From IMG/VR virus record IMGVR_UViG_3300009161_000021: DNA of 64,000 nucleotides. One strand, written 5' to 3'. Below the pieces are notes generated by a model that worked only from the letters and a program-made list of their open reading frames with translations, made no database searches and was not told where the DNA came from. The stretch is from a virus (taxonomy: Duplodnaviria > Caudoviricetes). Within the stretch, counting starts at the first letter, position 1; every line of letters begins with the position of its first letter. A program made the translations under genes and the position numbers. This document shows, piece by piece, positions 42,935 through 51,903 of the stretch.

Positions 42935-44469
42935 CAGCTTCCCCAGATTGCAGATTCTATGAGACGATTGAGACGATAAGCTTTCGATTCATCGACTTCA
43001 CCTGGAGCTGTGTCGTCCTCAGTGAATCCTTCCTCTCCACGAACCTTGTACTTCGCGTAGAAGCTTGCCTTCATACCCTCGATGTCCATCGTGGAGGATT
43101 CAGCTTCGGGAAGGATTTGCCTGAAGACCTCAAGGATCTTTTCCTTGACGCTCATATCTTCGTTCTTGTCAGTTGCTGAAATTTGCTGGGCAACTGCACC
43201 GAAGAGCCTGATTGCCATCTCCTCGTAAACCCTAACAATTTCAGGTGGAGTCATCCTGTTTTTCATTATATCGAGCGTACCGAGGAATGATCCAAAGTCC
43301 TCCATCTCTTTTTCCGTAGGCGGCGGATTATCTCCGAACATCCCTGTGAATATTTGTCTGATATCACGAATCGCTTGGGTTCTCTCAACTCGTTTCAAGT
43401 ACTTGTAGACATCATTCCCGTTGTGCTGCCAGTCGAGCTTCCTGTACCTGTCGGAGTATCCAGTCACAAGATCGAGGGATTTCATGGGTCTCAAACGAGC
43501 GGGCTTCTTCTCAGCTGCTGAGAGCTCAGCCTTGACCTCGGTCTCAGCTTTACGGCGAGCGGTCGCCGGGCTTATTCGAGGCTGCTGTGATTCGATCTCG
43601 GACGCACGAGCCTGGATCTTGCTCTCGATCTCCTCGGCGCTGGGTGGCACGTACTTCCTGTCCTTGGTCATCGAGATCTTCGGATTCTCGGCCGAGGCTG
43701 CGTCCGTGGCAAGACGTGCATCGATGGGTGGGGGAGAACGAACTGCAGCAAGCGAGAATAGAAGGATCTTGTGCGCGAGACCTTTCACACCCGCCTCGAT
43801 GTCTCTCCAGGAGGACGAGTATGAAAACTTTGCCCACGGAGAGGGTCGACCGCCCTCGTACTCAGATCCTTCGAAGTCAATCTGAAAGAACGTATCCCCC
43901 TCACCGGGAGGAGCGGAGGGATCCCATGTGTAAGCGAAGAGAGCGTTGATCTGGTGCTGACCCGGGCTCTTTTTGTTGTGACCGACGTACGCAATTCTTG
44001 GGGTGAGCTGCTCATCCTCACGACGGTTGAGCGTTGAAAAGAGCCCGTTCATCTTATCAACTGGAACCGTGAGGTCGATGTCCCCCACTGTCGGCTTAAA
44101 CTCTAGGAACTTCTCGTCCGACAGAGTCTCTGGAGGGGCGAAGAGATGCGCTGATGATCCGTTAAAGGCGAATCCGGAACCCAGGACATCATCGCGTTGG
44201 GCTCGATCCCAAAGCGGCTCACCGTGGTCGTTGTTGAACTCATCATCGAGGACCTGAAGCATCTCAATGACGTCGCGTCTCAGATCCTGACGATTTATCC
44301 TGCCGGATCGAAGATCTATTTTTTCAGCAAAAGCAGATCGACCGCGGAACTGCCTGACCTGGTCAGGACCCGAAACTAGGCCCGTCTCTGGGTCTCGAAC
44401 GAGTGCTCTGGTGTTGCCCCCCTCATTGACGGGAGCAGCACCGAACATGAACTTTGAGATGCTAAACAA
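42934..44469 (-). CDS. Pol-beta-superfamily nucleotidyltransferase-like protein
   Basis: NGSS...VGDIDLTV (GS plus DxD) and a third acidic residue in FQIDFE; N-terminal VNE/GGN. Confidence 0.65.
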   Translation of the reverse strand: MFSISKFMFGAAPVNEGGNTRALVRDPETGLVSGPDQVRQFRGRSAFAEKIDLRSGRINRQDLRRDVIEMLQVLDDEFNNDHGEPLWDRAQRDDVLGSGFAFNGSSAHLFAPPETLSDEKFLEFKPTVGDIDLTVPVDKMNGLFSTLNRREDEQLTPRIAYVGHNKKSPGQHQINALFAYTWDPSAPPGEGDTFFQIDFEGSEYEGGRPSPWAKFSYSSSWRDIEAGVKGLAHKILLFSLAAVRSPPPIDARLATDAASAENPKISMTKDRKYVPPSAEEIESKIQARASEIESQQPRISPATARRKAETEVKAELSAAEKKPARLRPMKSLDLVTGYSDRYRKLDWQHNGNDVYKYLKRVERTQAIRDIRQIFTGMFGDNPPPTEKEMEDFGSFLGTLDIMKNRMTPPEIVRVYEEMAIRLFGAVAQQISATDKNEDMSVKEKILEVFRQILPEAESSTMDIEGMKASFYAKYKVRGEEGFTEDDTAPGEVDESKAYRLNRLIESAIWGS

Positions 44470-44485
44470 TTTACGCTCCTTGAGC

Positions 44486-45448
44486 TCAGATGCCCCAGTT
44501 GATCGAGATCTTCCGACGGCCTTCCGTCAATGTACCCCCTGAGCCTCTTGCTATGGGTGCGGTGTCCCTGCGTTGGAGAGCAGCACCATTCACAGTTATA
44601 GACGTCGGAAGAGCCAGCTTCTCATTGACTTTTATCACGTTGGGGTCTGGTTTGTTAAGAGCAGCTGCAAGCGCTTTGTAAGCTGGAGGGGTTCCATTTC
44701 CGTAGAAACGAAGGCAGATCTGCGACAGAGTATCTCCTCTTACGACGGTGTACGTCTTCGTTCCAGGAGTTGGTGTCGGACCAGGACCTGGAGTTGGTGT
44801 GGGAGAAGGTGCCGGAGCGACGGCGCCGCCGGGCTTCCCGCCCGCTTTTTTCCACTTCATGATCGCCGCGCTAATAAAACGCCAGAAGAAATCTGTTCCC
44901 AGAGCGTACGTTCTGTCCTCTCTCTCTAGATTGTCCAGAGCCGGGAAAGCTTCCTTGTACTTGTCGTTAACGATCTTATACAAGCTATCCGCATTGAGAG
45001 TTCCAGACTTAGCAGCGGAGAGAACTTGATCGAATATCTCCTGCTTGTAAGCAGACGGAAGGTCATCAAGGTCACCGTCGTCTTGACCCTCCATTCCACC
45101 TGAAAGTGGGCCCAACGCATCGACATTCATATCACAGTAAAGAAGTGGATCAGTTCCCGTTAGGGTCGAATTGCTAGCTGAATCACGACCCGTCTCTGCC
45201 GTTCCACCTGCGCCGAACATAATATCTTTGAGGTCAGCTTCAAGCTGCGCGTCCGCTGCAGCAGCAGGGTCGACGGGAGCGGAAGGCGCTGCCGGTGTTG
45301 CTGGCGCGGCTGGTGCTGCTTGAGCTGGTGCTGGTGCAGATACGCTCGCTGTTCCTGTATCACCGTCGTCTGCAGGTGCTTCAAACAATCTAACGCGACG
45401 TGATTCCTCACGAAGGATCTGGCGAAGTCTCGCCTCGGTAATCTTCAT
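44486..45448 (-). CDS. LysM-domain protein with the N-terminal shared helix motif and Pro/Ala/Thr linkers
   Basis: YTVVRGDTLSQICLRFYG...NKPDPNVIKVNEKLALP; linker PSPTPTPGPGPTPTPG; N-terminus MKITEARLRQILREES. Confidence 0.8.
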   Translation of the reverse strand: MKITEARLRQILREESRRVRLFEAPADDGDTGTASVSAPAPAQAAPAAPATPAAPSAPVDPAAAADAQLEADLKDIMFGAGGTAETGRDSASNSTLTGTDPLLYCDMNVDALGPLSGGMEGQDDGDLDDLPSAYKQEIFDQVLSAAKSGTLNADSLYKIVNDKYKEAFPALDNLEREDRTYALGTDFFWRFISAAIMKWKKAGGKPGGAVAPAPSPTPTPGPGPTPTPGTKTYTVVRGDTLSQICLRFYGNGTPPAYKALAAALNKPDPNVIKVNEKLALPTSITVNGAALQRRDTAPIARGSGGTLTEGRRKISINWGI

Positions 45449-45504
45449 ACGTTATTTCTCCATACAGGGATACATATTCCGCTCACGAGCAAAAGCGTGC
45501 ACCG

Positions 45505-45536
45505 AAAACTACAACGGCCACCCAAAAGGGTGGCCG
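45505..45536 (-). terminator. Intrinsic terminator after the major capsid gene
   Basis: Minus strand: CGGCCACCC TTTT GGGTGGCCG followed by TTGTAGTTTT. Confidence 0.7.
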
Positions 45537-45561
45537 CGTAGTGTCCTGAGGACCCCCTACA

Positions 45562-47448
45562 TCAGATGATGTTGAGGTCGAGGCAGGTGACCGTACCGTA
45601 GAAGTCCGACCTGACCATCTTCTTGCCGTAGCGAGTCATGACACCCTTTCTCGGGGTGAAGTCCTCAGGCGCGAAGATCGTCGGGGTGACAATCAGCGGG
45701 ACGTACGGAGCGTAGACGTAGCCGGTCTCGAGGTAGCTTCCGCCCTTGAAACCAACAAGGATCTTGTTGCGGGGGAAGTACGGATCCTTGTACACCGTGA
45801 AGCGGTTGCTCAGGGTACCAACCTTCTCGGCGCCGATCGAGAACGGAGCGCCGACCTGGCCGGAGCCGTCGATGCTGTAGCTCGGGCGGTAGTAGGTCGA
45901 GGCCTCGAGGATCGTGGCGACGTCCGGACCGACCACGATGAAGTTCGCGGAGCCGCGAAGCGTCTTGCGGTGGATCTCGTTGGCGACGTCGATGATCGTC
46001 TCGGTGAGGGTCTCGTACCACTCGCGGACGGTACCGGTGAACATCGGGCCGATGGTACCAGCGCCGCCGGTCGTCTGGAAGACGCCCGTGGTCTTGTTGA
46101 CGAACTTACCAGGAGCGCGGCTCCAGAAGTAGTTCGCGCCGGAGGCCTGCACGAGGAGGTCGTTGAGGATCTCGCGATCCAGCTCGAGGGCAATCTGCTC
46201 GGAGAGGATCTGAGTAAGCTCAACCTCAGCGTCGATGCTGTGGTAAGCGTTCAGATCCTGCGCGAGCTCCGGAGACCAGCGAGCGCGGAGCTTGCGGGTC
46301 GTCGCGGTGACGGCGAGGGACTCGATCTTGATGTCGATCTCGGGGATGACCGGGGAGGGGGTCGTGCCGAAGTTCGACTCGAAGACCGGGATGGTCGCGG
46401 TGGAGCCGGTTGAGGTCTCGACGTCCAGTGAGGAGGCGAGCGGGTAGCTGAGCCTCATCTGACCCGAGCCGCTTGACATGTCGGTGGTGAGGGCACCAGA
46501 GACGACGGTCAGGAGGTGGGTTCCGGAGAGCGGGGTGGGGGTGAAGACGCCGCCAGCCCAAATGCCGATCTGGTTCAGACGACGAAGGTTGAGGACACCG
46601 CTGCCGCCCTGGAATGCCTCGCCGAACACCGTAGCGTCGCCATAGGTCGTCCTCGGGAAGAGAGCGAAATCCTTGGCGAGGCTCTGGTCAGTGGAAGCCG
46701 AGCAAGCGCCGAGCTGCACGACCGCGAACTTGAAGGCGCCGGTTCCGACACCGTTGCCCGGGTTGACGCCCGCCTCGATGAGGGAGGTCATCTGCGGGTC
46801 GAATCCGAGGAGACGACCGTCGGTGCCCGTCGCGAAAGCGAACTTTGTCGCCGCGAAAGCTCCGTTACCACCGAAAGCGCCTGAGGCCTCGACCGTGACA
46901 TTCGTGAGAGCGTGCACGCGGCTGTAAGCGGTTCCGACGAGATCGTACATACCACCCACGGCGAGAGATCCGCTCTGGATTCCCTTACCAACCGGGTTGT
47001 TGTAGATCGACTGGCCGGTGCTGTAGGTCGCCTGGGTGCTATTCGGGGTTCCGTCAACGCCTGAGTTACCACCGCGGTCGTTACCGTAGGTGTAATCCAG
47101 GTAGAACAGGAGACCGGATGGGAGGCTCATTGGCTGGATCGAAACGAGCTCGTTCGCCACTAGACCACCGAAGACGCGGCGGACGATGGGGAACGCGATG
47201 TTCGAGAAGCCGCGGATGTCGCCACCGCCGGAGGTGGAACCGCCACCGGATGACATCGAGTTGCTCTCGCGGAGGAGGTTGGCAGTCTGGTTCTCGAGGA
47301 GGCGAGCCATGTTCTCGCGATTGACGCCCTCAAGGCCACGAAGCAGGCCGGTGCGGCTCCACTTCTCGACGAGACGGCCGTTCTCCGCCCCGACGTCGCG
47401 CCCGCGGATTCCTTCCGAGAGCTGCTCTAGTGTGAAAGTCTTTGACAT
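45562..47448 (-). CDS. Major capsid protein (T4 gp23-like)
   Basis: KWSRTGLL, AFPIVRRVFGGL, VSIQPMSLPSGLLFYL, TRKLRARWSPELAQDL, EIDAE..LSEQIALELDREIL, GYVYAPYVPL, GVMTRYG; strongly biased codons. Confidence 0.95.
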   Translation of the reverse strand: MSKTFTLEQLSEGIRGRDVGAENGRLVEKWSRTGLLRGLEGVNRENMARLLENQTANLLRESNSMSSGGGSTSGGGDIRGFSNIAFPIVRRVFGGLVANELVSIQPMSLPSGLLFYLDYTYGNDRGGNSGVDGTPNSTQATYSTGQSIYNNPVGKGIQSGSLAVGGMYDLVGTAYSRVHALTNVTVEASGAFGGNGAFAATKFAFATGTDGRLLGFDPQMTSLIEAGVNPGNGVGTGAFKFAVVQLGACSASTDQSLAKDFALFPRTTYGDATVFGEAFQGGSGVLNLRRLNQIGIWAGGVFTPTPLSGTHLLTVVSGALTTDMSSGSGQMRLSYPLASSLDVETSTGSTATIPVFESNFGTTPSPVIPEIDIKIESLAVTATTRKLRARWSPELAQDLNAYHSIDAEVELTQILSEQIALELDREILNDLLVQASGANYFWSRAPGKFVNKTTGVFQTTGGAGTIGPMFTGTVREWYETLTETIIDVANEIHRKTLRGSANFIVVGPDVATILEASTYYRPSYSIDGSGQVGAPFSIGAEKVGTLSNRFTVYKDPYFPRNKILVGFKGGSYLETGYVYAPYVPLIVTPTIFAPEDFTPRKGVMTRYGKKMVRSDFYGTVTCLDLNII

Positions 47449-47503
47449 TTTATATTCTCCAATATGGAAAGTTGTTACAAAAAACGATTAAACCAACGGG
47501 TAA

Positions 47504-49234
47504 TCACTTACCCGGCTTGATACCTGCGAGGATGCCCCAGCGATCGACCTCAACGGATTCATTCAGGTTGCTTGCGCTGCCTGACCGTGTTGATCTGGAC
47601 GATGAGCCCAAAACGCGACCCTCGTTGACTGTTCCCGACTTGGACTTGAGTGACTCAGTCAAGCTCGTGAACAGAAGCTTCGCTTCCCTAACGGACTTCG
47701 CGGCGTCAAGCGACTCAACGATCGCCCTCTGCTGACGCGGCGTGAGGTCGCGATTCTGCATAAGCTTATTAACGTAGAGAAGCTTAGCGTTGAACAGGTT
47801 GACCTCTTCGAGCTGCTCGCGCAGGGTAGCATTTGCGCGCTCAGACTCTGACAGTTGAGCCTTGAGCTCACGATTCTTGCGTGACTCCTCGACTCTCGCT
47901 GATCTTTCATTTTTCGCGGCGTCGGTTGCCTTCTTGGCAACTTCAAGCGCCTTGCTTGCGACGGCCTCGGCCTCATCGGACTCCGAGAGGTGGTTGAGCT
48001 CATCGGGAAGACCCGTGACGCTGCCGCCACCGAATGCCTTCGGCATCGGATCCTTGATTCCCTTCGCGTTCTTGCCCTTTGAGCTCCTGCCCTTCGCCTC
48101 ACGAAGTCTGCTCAGCTCACGACGGAGCATGGACTCATCGACGTTGAAGTGAACGCTCTCGTTCTCGTAGTCTTCGTCCTCTTCAAGCTCGTCATCTTCC
48201 TCTTCGAGCTCGTCGTATTCCTCGTCCATCTCTTCGTACTCATCGAGATCGTCCATCATCTCATAGACTCCCTCGTCTTCCTCAGAGACAGGCGGCGAGG
48301 CACCAGCTGGTGGGGCCGGCGGAGGGGCTGCACCAACAACATCGACCGGCATATCCTCTCCACCCTCAGCACCGGGCTCTTCCTCACCGGCGAACTCGAT
48401 ACCGAAGGACATCCCCTTCAGCTTCTCCTTGAAATCTTCATCGTCGAGTCCCTCGAGATCGGTGGGCTCGAACACGAGCTTCGCCTCTCTACGAAGACGC
48501 GGCTTTCTATCCATTTCCTCTAGGAGGCGACGGAATCTCGCGTTTGTTGACATTTGCTTCATCTCCTTAACTAATGTGTTGAACTTTTGCTTGACTGCAG
48601 GCGTTCCACCATTAGATAGTAGTTGACTCTGCAAATCATGCGTATTTTTCACTAAAATTGCATACGCTGCCCTAAAATTGCTGCTCTCAGAGAGCGGGAG
48701 ACTCTTGGAGACTCTCTTCAGAGACTCGAACTGGCGACGAACCGTCCCGTATGAAACTCTCTGCTTTCTTTCTCCAAGAACCATATCAGCGAGCGCTTCG
48801 AGACCTTCCTTGTTAAGGGAGATATCGACATCGTCTCCTTCAGCAGCATCGGCCTCGGCAGCAGCTGATGCTTCACCGTGCTTATCAACGCGAACGTTTA
48901 TCTTCACCTCAGTCCCAGAAGCTGTCTTCGTGGTGACCGTGTGAGTGACCTCCTCGTCAGGGTCAGGAGCACCTGCGGCTGGTACCATGCCCGCATCGGC
49001 TGCCATGGGTGGTGCTGCGGGAGCGTTCATTTCATCCGGAAGCGCTTCGAGGTCGAGATTCGGAGTCTCATCGTCGGCAGGAACATCCTCATCCTGCTCA
49101 GCGAGCATCTGCTGCTCGATGAGTTGCCTGATTCTGGGTGATATGGATTCAATGATCTTGTTGCGTGCGTTTGCTTCAGCCATCTCTCTAAGGGCCTTTG
49201 CATCTGCTATCGCTTCGTCGAAAAGATTCGGCAT
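47504..49234 (-). CDS. Prohead core scaffolding protein (T4 gp22-like)
   Basis: 576 aa; coiled-coil and highly acidic; LEEVNLFNAKLLYVNKL, QQRAIVESLDAAKSVREAKLLFTSL; directly upstream of the major capsid gene. Confidence 0.8.
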   Translation of the reverse strand: MPNLFDEAIADAKALREMAEANARNKIIESISPRIRQLIEQQMLAEQDEDVPADDETPNLDLEALPDEMNAPAAPPMAADAGMVPAAGAPDPDEEVTHTVTTKTASGTEVKINVRVDKHGEASAAAEADAAEGDDVDISLNKEGLEALADMVLGERKQRVSYGTVRRQFESLKRVSKSLPLSESSNFRAAYAILVKNTHDLQSQLLSNGGTPAVKQKFNTLVKEMKQMSTNARFRRLLEEMDRKPRLRREAKLVFEPTDLEGLDDEDFKEKLKGMSFGIEFAGEEEPGAEGGEDMPVDVVGAAPPPAPPAGASPPVSEEDEGVYEMMDDLDEYEEMDEEYDELEEEDDELEEDEDYENESVHFNVDESMLRRELSRLREAKGRSSKGKNAKGIKDPMPKAFGGGSVTGLPDELNHLSESDEAEAVASKALEVAKKATDAAKNERSARVEESRKNRELKAQLSESERANATLREQLEEVNLFNAKLLYVNKLMQNRDLTPRQQRAIVESLDAAKSVREAKLLFTSLTESLKSKSGTVNEGRVLGSSSRSTRSGSASNLNESVEVDRWGILAGIKPGK

Positions 49235-49261
49235 GCTTTCTTCCTATTTCCTACGCTGAAT

Positions 49262-49268
49262 TAAGTAT
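49262..49268 (-). promoter_or_regulatory. Late-promoter-like motif ATACTTA upstream of the scaffold-capsid operon
   Basis: Recurrent ATANTTA motif in an intergenic gap. Confidence 0.6.
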
Positions 49269-49272
49269 ATCG

Positions 49273-49857
49273 TCACGGGTCTTTTTCGAGCTCTTGCTCC
49301 AAATGAATTGCACGTATGAGCCTGCGGAGCCTGCTGGCGGTCAGCTCATCCGAATCCGGGATCTCTGCAAGGGTGTATGCTGGTTCCATGGATCCCGCGT
49401 CCCTGAGTGGAAGCGAGCTGGAGTATCCGGCCTTGGACCCAGAAAGTGAGATTCGAGCGGGAGCTGGTCTTATCGATGGACCGTCAGCACCGACCCCGAG
49501 GACGCCCTGCTTATTCTTATACAGATCAGGCATCGGCGAGATACCACGACCCGTGGTCTGCTCGTGCATTCTGAAATCGGGACTGACCATTCTTCTGTTA
49601 TCGGCCGCACGATCCGCGTAGGAGTCCCAACGGATGTGACCCTGTCCAGCCTTGTTACCGATCGCGACCTGCGTTCGCAGATCTTCCTCGTCCTCAAGAT
49701 CTTCCTCATCATCAACGTCATCTCGAACTATCTCGATATAGGGCCATGAGCCCTGTGACATCCGAGGCAAATCACGACGCCCGTCCGTGCCGTATCCCAG
49801 GCCGGTGCGAGCGTCGTGATTCGGATTGTTAGCCTCGTCGAGGCGACGACGTGACAT
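49273..49857 (-). CDS. Hypothetical protein in the head module (C-terminal shared helix motif)
   Basis: 194 aa; ends ...ELTASRLRRLIRAIHLEQELEKDP. Confidence 0.65.
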   Translation of the reverse strand: MSRRRLDEANNPNHDARTGLGYGTDGRRDLPRMSQGSWPYIEIVRDDVDDEEDLEDEEDLRTQVAIGNKAGQGHIRWDSYADRAADNRRMVSPDFRMHEQTTGRGISPMPDLYKNKQGVLGVGADGPSIRPAPARISLSGSKAGYSSSLPLRDAGSMEPAYTLAEIPDSDELTASRLRRLIRAIHLEQELEKDP

Positions 49858-49865
49858 TGGGACCC

Positions 49866-50471
49866 TTACGTTAGGGCGCCTGGATTATCGATGTGGGTTG
49901 TCTTCGTTGACCCGTCTGGGAGATTTGCTCCGCTCTGTCCACGGGGCGCGATCGGTCCCGTTGCTTCGATGGTCGTCTCGGCAATTTTCGCAGATGTGCT
50001 CTCGGGAAAGACTGACGTGATAGAGTTACCGCTGCCGAAATTGTCGTTCGCCAATCTTTCAACGCCAGTCGACGTTCCATCGACTTCTGCGGCGGGGTCG
50101 GTCGGGACCACGAGGAATGGATAGTAGCGACCTTCGTACTGACCAGACGTCAGCGTGCCGAACGTGGGAGCTGCAGTCGCAGAAACAACTACGCCGGACG
50201 AATCGACCGGTCCCTGATAGTCAAGATTGACGCCTCCCGGGAATTGGTCAGGATCACCACTCTGCAGCGTTGGCTGCAGATACGTCTTCGCGTTCGCGCG
50301 AACAGTAGCTTCTGTCTCTCCAGCTGTGTACAATGGAGAATTCGGAAACATCGCGCTTAAAGTCGCCGTGTTAGATCTTGCTTCTGATAGCGGAAGCGGC
50401 GTCCCTGCGACGATGACCGTCTGTGTTGTCTTTGGACTAGCGACAATTCTCGTAGGATATTTTCCAGGCAT
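49866..50471 (-). CDS. Hypothetical protein in the head module
   Basis: 201 aa, Pro/Thr/Gly-rich; GGAGGG SD and ATAGTTA motif upstream. Confidence 0.65.
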   Translation of the reverse strand: MPGKYPTRIVASPKTTQTVIVAGTPLPLSEARSNTATLSAMFPNSPLYTAGETEATVRANAKTYLQPTLQSGDPDQFPGGVNLDYQGPVDSSGVVVSATAAPTFGTLTSGQYEGRYYPFLVVPTDPAAEVDGTSTGVERLANDNFGSGNSITSVFPESTSAKIAETTIEATGPIAPRGQSGANLPDGSTKTTHIDNPGALT

Positions 50472-50501
50472 TTTTGATTCCCTCCCCTCTAACTATTCCG
50501 A

Positions 50502-50798
50502 TCAGAGCTGTTCGAGGATGTGGGCGCGAATCTCCTGACGAGCCTCGTTAATCTCCGAGAGACGCCGCGCGATACGTGCTGCTTCGTTCTGGAGATCCTT
50601 GTAATGAGCGACTTCCTTCGCGAGCGTGTGAGCGAGCTCAGTGGGCTCGACTTCCTTCGTCTGCTTCGCAGCATCGCGGGTTGTGCCGGGCTTACCGGAT
50701 GGCATCTTCTTGGACGCGCGCTTCTTAGCAATCTTCTGCTTCTCTTCCTTGATGATGAGACGAAGAATTTCAGGGGTGAGATTTACGACCTTCGACAT
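50502..50798 (-). CDS. Small head-module protein with the N-terminal shared helix motif
   Basis: MSKVVNLTPEILRLIIKEEK; SD and ATAGTTA motif upstream. Confidence 0.7.
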   Translation of the reverse strand: MSKVVNLTPEILRLIIKEEKQKIAKKRASKKMPSGKPGTTRDAAKQTKEVEPTELAHTLAKEVAHYKDLQNEAARIARRLSEINEARQEIRAHILEQL

Positions 50799-50839
50799 AT
50801 TGACTCCTTTGTAGGCATATCAATTGTTAACTATCTTCA

Positions 50840-51292
50840 TCACTTCTTTTTTTCTGCCGAGAAAGCAAGTTCAGCCCAATTTGACGACCCTTCAAAAAGT
50901 GACATGGGATCAACATCTGGAACCCCCTGGGCGACTGACATTGCGGCAGCTGGATTCCGTTCAGCGGTCATCTGGGCTGGTAGCGTGTTTCGTGCAGTGT
51001 CCTCGAATATCTGCTGCATGATCCCGCGTTCCTCCTTCGGAAATTCGGACGCAAGGTTCGCGACAGCAGGTATTGGAGCTCTGCGACCTTGCGCTTGCTC
51101 TGCGACTCTGCTCGCCCCTGCTGAGAATGCTATGCTATCGAGATGCTTCTTCGGTGCTGGCGCGGGTCGGTTCAGAGATTCGCGTTGGGGACGAGCAGGA
51201 GGCTCCTCACCGCCCCGGAGACCCTCGAGAAGAACCTCCAAGATGCACTCTTTAACAATGTCCTTTAACTCAGCCTTAGTCAACGATGCCAT
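50840..51292 (-). CDS. Head-module hypothetical protein with the N-terminal shared helix motif
   Basis: MASLTKAELKDIVKECILEVLLEG; coupled to the protease gene stop. Confidence 0.7.
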   Translation of the reverse strand: MASLTKAELKDIVKECILEVLLEGLRGGEEPPARPQRESLNRPAPAPKKHLDSIAFSAGASRVAEQAQGRRAPIPAVANLASEFPKEERGIMQQIFEDTARNTLPAQMTAERNPAAAMSVAQGVPDVDPMSLFEGSSNWAELAFSAEKKK

Positions 51293-51903
51293 TAAGCCTT
51301 CCAGGTTAGAATATCGTTGAATATTCTATCAATCCGATCGCTTCGATTAAATGTTCTTGAAAGTTCCGAGGCTTTTACTTCACGACCTTCCCTCATCATG
51401 AAAGCGCCGGGGGTGCTCGGCTCCGAAACGAAATCCCAGCAGATAAGCTGGAAGTCATCCTGCACGACCTGGGAGTCACCCGACTTGCTGGTCGATCCGA
51501 CACCGCGGGAAGAGATTCCAAGCGTGACGCCAGCCTCGACAAGGCTTTGAAGGATCTTGCCGCAGGGAGTGTCAAGGATCTCAACTGTTCCATAGCAGAC
51601 GTTTCCCTCCATGTAAGCTTCCCTGATGATGTGACTCACCTTTTTCAGCTCCACTACGGACGAATCGGGGTGATCGCATTCGCCCAGCGCTCGATTCTCT
51701 CGAATGAATTTCTGGTAGTTTCTTACCTCACGTTCGAGAATATCACGAGGATAGATTCTCCCGTTCTGGTTCAGTGTTTCAGCCTTCTGAAGGATTCCCT
51801 TCATGATAAGGCGACCACCGCTCTCCTTCGCCTCTCTGATCGATTTGTTATCGTAAGAGAATGGCATCCATTCCGTCAAAAGTGTCAGGGATCTATCACT
51901 CAT
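51292..51903 (-). CDS. Prohead maturation protease (T4 gp21-like)
   Basis: GILQKAETLNQNGRIYP, ALGECDHP (His), VSH, LGISSRGVGS (Ser), WDFVSEPST. Confidence 0.95.
   Translation of the reverse strand: MSDRSLTLLTEWMPFSYDNKSIREAKESGGRLIMKGILQKAETLNQNGRIYPRDILEREVRNYQKFIRENRALGECDHPDSSVVELKKVSHIIREAYMEGNVCYGTVEILDTPCGKILQSLVEAGVTLGISSRGVGSTSKSGDSQVVQDDFQLICWDFVSEPSTPGAFMMREGREVKASELSRTFNRSDRIDRIFNDILTWKA

Noticed and set aside
44755-44815. Short near-tandem repeats (ccaggagttggtgt / cctggagttggtgt)
   Set aside because: These encode a Pro-Thr-Gly linker in the LysM protein and are not a CRISPR or regulatory array.
50520-51320. 266-aa plus-strand ORF in the head module
   Set aside because: Antisense to two motif-bearing minus-strand genes that have their own SD and promoter signals.
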